Shown piece by piece: positions 31,258 through 39,662 of a stretch of 64,000 bases of DNA (its first letter is position 1; every line of letters starts with the position of its first letter). This DNA is from an uncultured Verrucomicrobiota bacterium. Lineage in GTDB: Bacteria; Verrucomicrobiota; Verrucomicrobiia; Limisphaerales; UBA8199. The stretch is from positions 201,756 to 265,755 of the forward strand of contig CAZVFC010000001.1 in NCBI GenBank assembly GCA_964625855.1, in the 5' to 3' direction. The notes below the pieces were generated by a model that saw only the letters and a list, made by a program, of their open reading frames with translations, made no database searches and was not told the origin of the DNA. Both the position numbers and the translations under genes were made by a program.

Positions 31258-32457
31258 ATGATCGCGGCTGAACTGAGCCAACCCTCTTCAAAGGCCGCTC
31301 GCCCCGAAGGCGAGATCGTTGTGTCCGTCACCGGGTTGACCAAGGTCTTTAAGGACTTTTGGGGCCGCCCCAAAGCCCGCGCGGTGGACAACGTGGATTT
31401 TCACGTCCGCCGGGGTGAGGTCTTCGGCCTCCTCGGCCCGAACGGCTCCGGCAAATCAACCACGGTCAAGCTCATGCTGGGCCTCCTGTACCCGACCAAA
31501 GGCCACATAGAAGTGTTTGGTCGCTCCCCGCGGCACGTGGCGACCAAATCCCGCATCGGCTACCTGCCCGAGGAGTCCTATCTCTACCGTTACCTTGATT
31601 CGCGGGAGACGCTCGATTTCTTTGGCAACCTCTTCCGCCTCCCCAAGGGTGATCGTGAGAAGCGCGCGGACCAGTTGCTGGAAATGGTCGGCTTGAACCA
31701 AACCCGCACGCGGGCGGTGGGCGAGTTTTCCAAAGGCATGCAGCGCCGCATCGGCCTGGCCCAGGCGCTCATTAATGATCCGGACCTGGTGATCCTGGAC
31801 GAACCAACGTCCGGCCTCGATCCCATCGGCTGCCGCGAGGTGAAGGATTTGATCGTGGCGCTGGCCCGGCGCGGCAAGACGGTGATCCTGAGCAGCCATT
31901 TGCTGGCGGATGTCGAGGACGTATGCGACCGCGTGGTGATTTACTACGGCGGCAAGGTGCAGGCGATGGGTACCTTGAAAGAGCTGCTCGCCACACCTGA
32001 TGCCATCCGCATCACCACGCCAACGCTCTCCCGCGAGACGATGGAGCGGGTGCTGCAGACGATCCGGCAGGATGTAACCGAGGACAAGGTCCAGATAGAC
32101 ACCCCGACGCAAAACCTCGAGAGTTATTTCCTGGCCGTGGTCCAGCGCGCCCGGCGCGCGGCGGCCGAAACCTCGGGCGCCATGGCCGGCGCAACCGTCG
32201 CTGCTTATCTGCGCGGGGAGGGCGACGCCGGGCCAGCGCCCGACAAGATCCTCGACCGGCTGACGGCGCCGCAGGTCGCGGCGCCGCCCCCGGCTCCCGT
32301 CGCGGCGGAACCCGTGGACCAGAAGAAGCTGGCGGCTTTGACCCGGACCGCTGAGCCCGCCCCGGCTCCCGTTGCACCCACCGCCGCACCGCAACAGCCG
32401 GCGGACCTGGCGAAGGCGAATGAGAAGCTGGCGGCGCTCCTGGGCAAGCAGCCGTGA
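31258..32457 (+). CDS. ABC transporter ATP-binding protein with a Pro/Ala-rich C-terminal tail
   Basis: Walker A GPNGSGKST, signature-like FSKGMQRRIGLAQAL, and Walker B LVILDEPTSGLD. The C-terminal ~90 aa are low-complexity and Ala/Pro-rich. Confidence 0.95.
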   Translation: MIAAELSQPSSKAARPEGEIVVSVTGLTKVFKDFWGRPKARAVDNVDFHVRRGEVFGLLGPNGSGKSTTVKLMLGLLYPTKGHIEVFGRSPRHVATKSRIGYLPEESYLYRYLDSRETLDFFGNLFRLPKGDREKRADQLLEMVGLNQTRTRAVGEFSKGMQRRIGLAQALINDPDLVILDEPTSGLDPIGCREVKDLIVALARRGKTVILSSHLLADVEDVCDRVVIYYGGKVQAMGTLKELLATPDAIRITTPTLSRETMERVLQTIRQDVTEDKVQIDTPTQNLESYFLAVVQRARRAAAETSGAMAGATVAAYLRGEGDAGPAPDKILDRLTAPQVAAPPPAPVAAEPVDQKKLAALTRTAEPAPAPVAPTAAPQQPADLAKANEKLAALLGKQP

Positions 32458-32471
32458 GGCGGCCGTAATCC

Positions 32472-33854
32472 GTGCAACGATTACTGGCCATCGCCTGGTT
32501 GACCTGGAAGGCCGCGGTCAGGTTCCGGCTGTTCCTTGTGGTAGCCGTGCTGTTGCTGGGCGCCGTGGTTGGCCTGCCCCTGCTGATCAAGGACGACGGC
32601 ACCGCGCGCGGTTTCACGCAAATCCTGCTCACCTACACGCTCACCACCATTACCGCTCTGCTTGGCCTGTCCACGCTCTGGCTCGCGTGCGGCACACTCG
32701 CCCGCGACATCGAGGAGTGCCAGATGCAAGTGGTGGCTGTGAAACCGATCGCCCGGTGGCAGATCTGGCTGGGCAAATGGTTGGGCATCATGTCGCTCAA
32801 TGCGGCCTTGCTGGCCCTCTCGGGCGGCAGCGTGTATGCCTTGATGCAATGGCGCGCCACCCGCCTGCCACCTGCCGAGCAGGCCATCCTCCGCAACGAA
32901 GTCCTCGTCGCCCGCGGGTCGGTTAAGCCGGAGAGTTACCTGCGCGAGATCGAGGACGAGACGGACCAGAAACTCAAGGAACGGCTGGAGAAGAATCCCG
33001 GCCTCAAAGCGGACCTGGTCGAGGTGCGAAAGCAGATCCGCGAGAGCATCAAGGCTGAATACCAACTCGTTCCACCGGGATGGCCGCGCGAATGGAAGAT
33101 TCACCTGGGCCTGGCGAGGCATTTCCTCCAGGGCAAGCCGCTTTACCTGCGCATCAAGTTCAACGCCGCCGACAAGAGCGCTTCGGGCACTTACCTGGGC
33201 GTCTGGGCGGTCGGCGTGCCACGCCAGACGCCGCTGTGGCAAAGCGAACCCATGAGCCTGGCACCGGACACCTTTCATGAGTTTGAGATCAAACCGTATT
33301 TTGACGACCAGGGCGTCCTGACGGTCACCTTCGCCAACCTGAACAACACGGCCCTGCTCTTTCCCCTCGAAGACGGGCTCGAGGTCCTCTACCCCAAAGG
33401 CGGGTTCGGGCTGAACTTTGTGCGCGGACTGGGGATCATTTTCTGCTGGATGGCGCTGCTGGCGGCGCTCGGGCTGGCGTCCGCCAGCTTCCTTTCCTTT
33501 CCGGTAGCTTCGTTCCTGTCGCTGGGCGTCCTCACCCTGACCCTCTCCAGCGGCACGATGGCCACGGCGGTGGAGGAGGGGACCGTGGTGGGCTGGGACG
33601 CCGAGGCCAGTCAGCCGGGCCATTCGGTCGTGGACCTCTTCGCGATTCCGGTCTTTCGCTCCGTGCTCAAGGTGATCAATCTCGCCAAAGACTTTTCGCC
33701 CATTGATTCCCTCAGCACCGGCCGCAGCATCACCTGGGCACAGCTTGCCGTCGCCTTCGGCCAGATTGTCGTGCTGCTGGGCGGCATCCTCGGCGTGTTC
33801 GGCATCACCGTCTTTACCCGCCGCGAGCTGGCCACCGCGCAAGGCAACCAATGA
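32472..33854 (+). CDS. ABC-2-type permease-like membrane protein with a ~200-aa soluble insert
   Basis: 460-aa ORF starting 14 nt after the ATPase gene. Hydrophobic helices sit at both ends, and the central region (roughly aa 130-330) is hydrophilic. The antisense 456-aa ORF was rejected. Confidence 0.75.
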   Translation: MQRLLAIAWLTWKAAVRFRLFLVVAVLLLGAVVGLPLLIKDDGTARGFTQILLTYTLTTITALLGLSTLWLACGTLARDIEECQMQVVAVKPIARWQIWLGKWLGIMSLNAALLALSGGSVYALMQWRATRLPPAEQAILRNEVLVARGSVKPESYLREIEDETDQKLKERLEKNPGLKADLVEVRKQIRESIKAEYQLVPPGWPREWKIHLGLARHFLQGKPLYLRIKFNAADKSASGTYLGVWAVGVPRQTPLWQSEPMSLAPDTFHEFEIKPYFDDQGVLTVTFANLNNTALLFPLEDGLEVLYPKGGFGLNFVRGLGIIFCWMALLAALGLASASFLSFPVASFLSLGVLTLTLSSGTMATAVEEGTVVGWDAEASQPGHSVVDLFAIPVFRSVLKVINLAKDFSPIDSLSTGRSITWAQLAVAFGQIVVLLGGILGVFGITVFTRRELATAQGNQ

Positions 33855-35356
33855 GCGCCCGTTTCCGGAAGACCCTGCTGGTGCTGCTGGCGGCCGCGCT
33901 GCTGGTCGGCGTCTCGTTCGCTCAGCGCTCCCTCAATCGCGACCGGGAGAAGCTCGAACTGACGCGGGTTGAATACCTCGAGAATGCCCCGCCGGTGCTC
34001 GCCTTCACGACGATGGCGCTGGGCGGGTTCCGCGGCCTCATCGCCAACGCGCTCTGGATTCGCGCTACCGACTTGCAGGACCAGGACAAGTTCTTCGAGA
34101 TGGCCCAGTTGGCCGACTGGATCACCAAGCTCGAGCCCCATTTCGTTCACGTCTGGCTGGTGCAGGCCTGGAACATGGCCTACAACATCTCCGTCAAGTT
34201 CAAGGACTTCCCCGACCGCTGGCGCTGGGTCAAGGCGGGCATCGAGTTGTTGCGCGACGACGGCTTGCGGTTCAACCCCAACGAGACCCTCCTCTACCGC
34301 GAGCTGGCCTGGTTCTTCCAGCACAAGATCGGCGAGAATCTCGACGACGCGAACATGTATTACAAGGACGAGTGGGCCAAGGAAATGTATACGGTCTTCG
34401 GCAAGAACAAGCCGAACCTCGACGAGCTCATCAATCCCCGGACCGAGGACCAGACCAACCGCGCCAAGCTCCTGGTCGAGAAGTACAAGATGGACCCGCA
34501 GTTCATGAAGCTGGTGGATGAGCGATATGGTCCGCTGGAATGGCGCCTGCCCGAAGCGCATGCGATCTATTGGGGGGCCATGGGGTTGAAACGAGCCGAG
34601 GAAAACCCGACCAAGATCTCCACCAACGACCTCATCACTCTGCGCCGCGTCATCTACCAGTCCATGCAGTTGAGCTTCCACCGCGGCCGGCTGGTGGAGA
34701 ATCCATTCGCCGGGGCGTTCGAGTTCGGCCCCAACCTGGATATCGTCCCGAAAGTCAGCGCCGCCTATGAGCAGGCCGCGCAGGAAGATGAGAGCAATCG
34801 CGATCACATCCTGCGGGCGCACCGGAACTTCCTCCGCACCGCCATTTACTTCCTCTACGAATACAATCGCATCCCCGAGGCGGCGCGCTGGTATGAATAT
34901 CTGGGAACCAAATACCCGGACAAGCCCCTGATTGATGGCCGGCCGGATTCGTTTCCCCGCAACGTTACTTTGATTGAGTATGTGCTTTCCCAGATCGGCA
35001 CGGATATCAATGAGACCTCGCGCAATCGCGTTCAGGCGGCCATCGAGGGCATGTTCCGCAACGCGTATGACAGCCTGTTGCTGGGCGAGGAACACCACTA
35101 CGCCGGCTACAAACTGCTGGCCCGCCAGGTCTGGGAGACTTACCAGGCCAAAATCCCCAAGGACGGCCTGGCGCGGATCGGCCTGCGGCCGCTCGAAGAC
35201 ATTGACCGCGAGATGCTCAATCGCTTCCTCAACCCGGCCGAGGGCGTCCCCTTCGAGGCGCGCGCCATCCTGCGCACCAAGCTCGGCCTGCCGCCCGAAA
35301 CCGCCCCCCCGCCAGCCGTCACCAACGCTCCGCCATCCCAACCGCCGTCTCAATAG
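33851..35356 (+). CDS. Membrane-anchored protein of unknown function (helical, Trp/Tyr-rich)
   Basis: 501-aa ORF with an ATGA overlap on the permease gene. It has an N-terminal anchor (TLLVLLAAALLVGVSFA). I recognise no family motif. The antisense 580-aa ORF was rejected. Confidence 0.75.
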   Translation: MSARFRKTLLVLLAAALLVGVSFAQRSLNRDREKLELTRVEYLENAPPVLAFTTMALGGFRGLIANALWIRATDLQDQDKFFEMAQLADWITKLEPHFVHVWLVQAWNMAYNISVKFKDFPDRWRWVKAGIELLRDDGLRFNPNETLLYRELAWFFQHKIGENLDDANMYYKDEWAKEMYTVFGKNKPNLDELINPRTEDQTNRAKLLVEKYKMDPQFMKLVDERYGPLEWRLPEAHAIYWGAMGLKRAEENPTKISTNDLITLRRVIYQSMQLSFHRGRLVENPFAGAFEFGPNLDIVPKVSAAYEQAAQEDESNRDHILRAHRNFLRTAIYFLYEYNRIPEAARWYEYLGTKYPDKPLIDGRPDSFPRNVTLIEYVLSQIGTDINETSRNRVQAAIEGMFRNAYDSLLLGEEHHYAGYKLLARQVWETYQAKIPKDGLARIGLRPLEDIDREMLNRFLNPAEGVPFEARAILRTKLGLPPETAPPPAVTNAPPSQPPSQ

Positions 35357-35495
35357 CCCAGCCGCCGGCCCGGCATCCCGTCAGCCTCGACAAATCCTGC
35401 AGGCCGCGTGCCCGCACGCGGCGCACTGCTGGCGTTTCCATCGGGGTGTGAAATCCCCAGGCGAGTAGTTGTGCATTCCCGAATGATCCGCCGAC

Positions 35496-38400
35496 TTGGT
35501 CAGCAGGCCAGCGCACGGACAGCGGGCTGGTTTCGGTCTTCGGCCTTCGGGTTTTCCTTCGGCCTTCGGACATCGGCCTTCGGACTTCAGGCACTCCTTG
35601 CCATTTGTGAGGCGGGCGGCCAGACTGGCAACCGTGTTCCTGCTAACGGCACGCTGGGAAGCCAGGGGTAGCATCGGGCTGCTTTTCGCGATCCTGTGGC
35701 TCCATGCGCACGGCGGTGGCGCGGGGTTTGCGACAGCACGGGATGTTTCCAGCCTGCCTTTCGACATCTGGCAGATCGAGCAAGGTCTGGAGCAGGATCC
35801 GGTTACGGCAGTGGTGCAAGGCCGGGAAGGTTATTTGTGGCTGGGAACCTACACGGGCCTCGCGCGGTTCGACGGCGTGCGGGTGACGGTGGTTGACTCG
35901 GCCAATACGCCGGGGCTGCGCAACAGCCGGGTGACCAGTTTATACGAGGACCCGGCCGGGCTGCTCTGGATCGGCCACGAATCGGGGGAGGTCACGCGGT
36001 TGAGCGCGGGTGAGTTCCAACCGGTCGGGCGGGTCTCGGGCTGGCCAGGCGGCGCGGTCGAGGCGATCGCGAGCGACGAAAGCGGGGAGGTGTGGCTGCT
36101 GAGCGACGCCGGGATCCTCTTCCGGCTGCGGGATAGCTTCGCCTTGCAACCGCCGGGGGGAGGCTCGCCCACCCGCAAGGTCGGTCTGAGCCGGGAACGG
36201 AGCGGCCGGTTGTGGGTCGTGGCGAACGGCAAGGCGGCGACGCTGGCGCGCGGTGAGTTGGTTCCCTTCACGTTCGATGATCCCGCGGGCACGAACTTCT
36301 ATCAGCGCATCGTGCCGGCGGAGGACGGCGGTCTGTGGGTGATGGGCGGCGGCCGGCTGCGGAAGTGGCGCGAGGGCCGGTGGGCGATGGACCTGGGGCA
36401 GTGTCCGTGTGAGGCCGGGTTCGTGACCGAGCTGCTGGAGACGCGGGCGGGCCAGTTGCTGGCCGGGACCGTCCAGGACGGCCTGTACGTGCTGACGCCG
36501 GGGGCCGAGGCGTTGCACTTCGCGTGGACCAACGGTTTGTCCCACGATTGGGTGCGGGCGCTGTGCGAGGATCACGAGGGCAATATCTGGATCGGCACCG
36601 GCGCGGGCTTGAACGCTCTGCGCCCGCGCAAGGTGCAGATGCTCAACCCGCCCGACGCGTGGCAAGGGCGGGCGGTGCTGTCCTTCATCGTGGGCCGGGG
36701 AGGCGAGGCCTGGGTCGGCACGGAAGGCTCGGGCTTATACCATCGTTTCGGAGACCGATGGACCAGCTTTGGCGAGAGCGACGGTTTGGCAAACTTGTTC
36801 GTGTGGTCGGTGCTGAAGACACGGGCGGGGGAGCTGTTTGTCGGGACGTGGGGCGGAGGGTTGATGGTGAAGAACGGGGAGCGGTTCGAAACGCGCGGGG
36901 ACCTGGGCCGTTTGACGGCGCCGGTGGTGGCGCTCTACGAGGGCAGGCAGGGCGAGCTTTGGATCGGGACGACCGTGGGCCTGCACCGCTGGGAGGCAGG
37001 GAAGCTGACGTGGTTCGCGGGGCAGGAGAAGCTGATCTCGCCCGATGTCCGCGCGATCACGGAGTCGGCGGACGGCGCGCTCTGGTTCGGCATGTTGGAC
37101 GGGGGCCTGGGGTGTTTGAAAGACGGCGTGCTGCGGCAGTTTCGCAAGGCGAATGGACTGGGCAGCGATTTTGTCCTCGCGCTGTATGCGGAGGCGGACG
37201 GGACGTTGTGGATCGGCACTTCGGACAATGGGCTGTGCCGGCTGCGGGAAGGCCGGTTCGCCACCATCAGCACCCCGCAGGGGCTGCTGTCCAGCATCAT
37301 CAGCCAGATCGCGGACGACGGCGTGGGCCACCTGTGGCTGGGATCGCACCGCGGCATCCTGCGCGCGAGCAAGGCAGACCTGAACCGTTGCGCGGACGGG
37401 GAGGTAAAGTCCGTGCGCTGCCTGAGCTACGGCAAGGCCGAAGGACTGGCTTCGCCGCGGTGCACGGGCGGTTTCCAGCCGAGCGTGTGCCAGACCGCGG
37501 ATGGCCGGCTTTGGTTTCCGACGGCCAAGGGCCTGGCTATCATTGACCCGCGTGGTTTCACCACCAACGCCATCCCGCCGCCCGTCGTGATCGAAGCGCT
37601 GCTCGTCGAGGGCCAGCCCGTCACGCTGGCCGGGACCACCGCGCCGCCGGACAGCGGCCAGCGGCCCGCCGTGCAAATCCCCGCGGGCAAACAGCGGTTG
37701 GAGCTGCGTTACACCGGCTTGAGCTTCGCCGCGCCTGACAAGGTGCGGTTCAAGCACAAGCTCGAGGGACTCAATGACCAGTGGGTGGATGCGGGGACGG
37801 AACGTTTCGTCCAATATAGCTACCTGCCTCCGGGGCCCTACACCTTCCGGGTGGTGGCCTGCAACAACGACGACGTGTGGAACGAGCAGGGCGCTTCGTT
37901 GTCATTCACCGTCCTGCCCCGGGTCTGGCAGACCTGGTGGTTCAAGCTGGCGCTGCTGGCGGCGGGCGGCGGGGCCGTGGCCGCGGCGGCCATGCGGGTG
38001 GCGCGCCGGCGCGTGCGCCGCCGCGTGGAGCAGTTGGAGCGCCAGCGCGCGCTCGAACGCGAGCGCGCCCGCATCGCGCGCGACATCCACGATGACCTGG
38101 GCGCCAGCCTGACGCGCATCAGCCTGTTGAGCCAAAGCGCCCGGGCGGAGCTGACCGACGGGCATGCGGCGGCCGCCGACCTGGACCAGATTTACGCCAC
38201 GGCGCGGGAACTGACGCGGGCGATGGATGAAGTCGTCTGGGCGGTCAACCCCAAGCACGACACCTTCGACAGCCTCGTGGCCTATCTTGGACGGTTCGCG
38301 CAGAACTTCCTGAGCCGGGCGGGCGTCCGGTGCCGCCTGGACCTGCCGCTGCATCTGCCCTCCTGGCCGCTGACGTCCGAGGTCCGGCACAACACATTCC

Positions 38401-38699
38401 TCGCTTTCAAGGAGGCCCTGAACAACGTGGTCAAGCACGCGCAGGCTTCCGAAGTCCGGATTTCACTGGAGTTGAACCCGGGCGGCTTCATGCTGGTGGT
38501 GGCGGACAACGGCCGCGGATTTACCTGGAACCCGCAGGCGGGCCAGCTCGCGCCCGGCGCCGACGGCACGCGCCCGGAAGGCGGCAACGGTTTGGTTAAC
38601 ATGCAGAAGCGGCTCGAGGAAATCGGGGGCTGCTGCGACTGGGACACCGCGCCGGGCGAAGGCACGCGCGCCAAGCTGGTGCTGCGGATCAAGCCATGA
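35496..38699 (+). CDS. Sensor histidine kinase with a large periplasmic beta-propeller/Y_Y_Y-type sensor domain (HisKA_3 plus HATPase_c)
   Basis: 1067-aa ORF with repeated ...G.LW.GT..GL... propeller blades and a TM (WWFKLALLAAGGGAVAAAAM). ERARIARDIHDDLGASLT is the HisKA_3 H-box, and GNGLVNMQKRLEEIGG is the G-box. The first ~37 codons are encoded by the TTCGG repeat, so the start may be GTG 35607. Confidence 0.9.
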   Translation: MVSRPAHGQRAGFGLRPSGFPSAFGHRPSDFRHSLPFVRRAARLATVFLLTARWEARGSIGLLFAILWLHAHGGGAGFATARDVSSLPFDIWQIEQGLEQDPVTAVVQGREGYLWLGTYTGLARFDGVRVTVVDSANTPGLRNSRVTSLYEDPAGLLWIGHESGEVTRLSAGEFQPVGRVSGWPGGAVEAIASDESGEVWLLSDAGILFRLRDSFALQPPGGGSPTRKVGLSRERSGRLWVVANGKAATLARGELVPFTFDDPAGTNFYQRIVPAEDGGLWVMGGGRLRKWREGRWAMDLGQCPCEAGFVTELLETRAGQLLAGTVQDGLYVLTPGAEALHFAWTNGLSHDWVRALCEDHEGNIWIGTGAGLNALRPRKVQMLNPPDAWQGRAVLSFIVGRGGEAWVGTEGSGLYHRFGDRWTSFGESDGLANLFVWSVLKTRAGELFVGTWGGGLMVKNGERFETRGDLGRLTAPVVALYEGRQGELWIGTTVGLHRWEAGKLTWFAGQEKLISPDVRAITESADGALWFGMLDGGLGCLKDGVLRQFRKANGLGSDFVLALYAEADGTLWIGTSDNGLCRLREGRFATISTPQGLLSSIISQIADDGVGHLWLGSHRGILRASKADLNRCADGEVKSVRCLSYGKAEGLASPRCTGGFQPSVCQTADGRLWFPTAKGLAIIDPRGFTTNAIPPPVVIEALLVEGQPVTLAGTTAPPDSGQRPAVQIPAGKQRLELRYTGLSFAAPDKVRFKHKLEGLNDQWVDAGTERFVQYSYLPPGPYTFRVVACNNDDVWNEQGASLSFTVLPRVWQTWWFKLALLAAGGGAVAAAAMRVARRRVRRRVEQLERQRALERERARIARDIHDDLGASLTRISLLSQSARAELTDGHAAAADLDQIYATARELTRAMDEVVWAVNPKHDTFDSLVAYLGRFAQNFLSRAGVRCRLDLPLHLPSWPLTSEVRHNTFLAFKEALNNVVKHAQASEVRISLELNPGGFMLVVADNGRGFTWNPQAGQLAPGADGTRPEGGNGLVNMQKRLEEIGGCCDWDTAPGEGTRAKLVLRIKP
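35531..35590. repeat. Imperfect short tandem repeats containing TTCGG (TCGGCCTTCGG units)
   Basis: TTCGG occurs six times in 60 bp (35532, 35539, 35546, 35558, 35565, 35579). A similar tract lies at 63127-63177. Confidence 0.7.
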
Positions 38700-38739
38700 G
38701 TGTCATCAAAAGACACGACAGCCAATTGTCTCCGCGCCG

Positions 38740-39417
38740 GTGTATAAAGCAGGGGTGGCCATCGCGGTATCCATAGTGGAAGACGACGCCCAGACGCGAA
38801 AGATATTCGCGAACTGGATCAGCCGCGCGTCGGGCTTTCGCCTGGCGGGGGACTGGGGCGACGCGGAAAAAGCGTTGGAAGCGTTGCCGGCCAGGAAGCC
38901 CAACGTGGTGTTGATGGACATCAGCCTGCCCGGCATGAGCGGAGTCGAGGCGGTGAAGCGCTTGAAGCCCCTCCTGCCCGAAACGCAGTTCGTCATGCTG
39001 ACCGTCTATGAAGACGCCGACCACATCTACAACGCGCTGGCGGCCGGCGCCACCGGTTACCTGCTCAAGCAGACGCCGCGGGCGGAGTTGCTCGGCGCGG
39101 TGGAGGAAGTCCATCGCGGCGGCTCGCCGATGACCAGCAACATTGCCCGCAAAGTCGTCCAGTCCTTCAAGCAGACCGTCGCGTCTGGCAGCCAGGAGGA
39201 GCTTTCGCCCCGCGAACAGGAAGTCCTGGAGCTGCTCGCGCGGGGATACCTATATAAGGAAATCGCCGAGCGGCTCAACATCAGTGTGCCCACCGTCAAC
39301 ACCTACGTCCGGCGCATGTATGAAAAACTGCACGTCCGCTCCCGCGCCCAGGCCGTGGCCAAATACGCCCATTTGACCGGCGCCGAACCCAAGCCGCCGC
39401 TCGCTCCCCGCACCTGA
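38740..39417 (+). CDS. NarL/LuxR-family response regulator
   Basis: Receiver motifs (IVEDD, VVLMDISLPGMSG) and a C-terminal HTH (LSPREQEVLELLARGYLYKEIAERLNISVPTVNTYVRRMYEKLHV). Confidence 0.95.
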   Translation: MYKAGVAIAVSIVEDDAQTRKIFANWISRASGFRLAGDWGDAEKALEALPARKPNVVLMDISLPGMSGVEAVKRLKPLLPETQFVMLTVYEDADHIYNALAAGATGYLLKQTPRAELLGAVEEVHRGGSPMTSNIARKVVQSFKQTVASGSQEELSPREQEVLELLARGYLYKEIAERLNISVPTVNTYVRRMYEKLHVRSRAQAVAKYAHLTGAEPKPPLAPRT

Positions 39418-39662
39418 GACGGCACTTAATGGCGCGTGTCATCTGTTTTAATGACATGCCAACCGCCGCGAAATCAGTAAGCTGCTCCTAGTTGGCCATT
39501 CGACTTTATGAACAACAAGTCCGCCGAAGGCAGAATCTGCGGCTGGCCGAGGTTCGCCGCGCGCGCAGGCACTGAGTCAAGCTCACGCCCTCCCGTGCGG
39601 GGACTGCGCCTCCTGCGGTTCGCCAAGGCGGCATAACCCCAAACCCCCGGAAAGGACAAAAC

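Noticed and set aside
33611-35353. Very long antisense ORFs opposite real genes: 33611..35353(-), 32481..33851(-), 24060..25106(-), 4561..5889(+), 47129..48355(+), 50260..51774(+), 52387..53364(+), 56368..57303(+), 57403..58413(+), 60494..61666(+), 42014..43180(-), 36735..37814(-), 27120..28103(-).
   Set aside because: These are typical shadow ORFs of GC-rich DNA, with Arg/Gly/Pro/His-rich, motif-free translations. The opposite strand in each case encodes a protein with clear family motifs or TM structure.
39437-39456. TGTCAT-N8-ATGACA taken on its own as a firm operator site.
   Set aside because: It lies only 20 nt after the response-regulator stop and can extend to a 9-bp stem with one G-T pair, so it may simply be a terminator hairpin. 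It is kept only as a low-confidence component of a finding.
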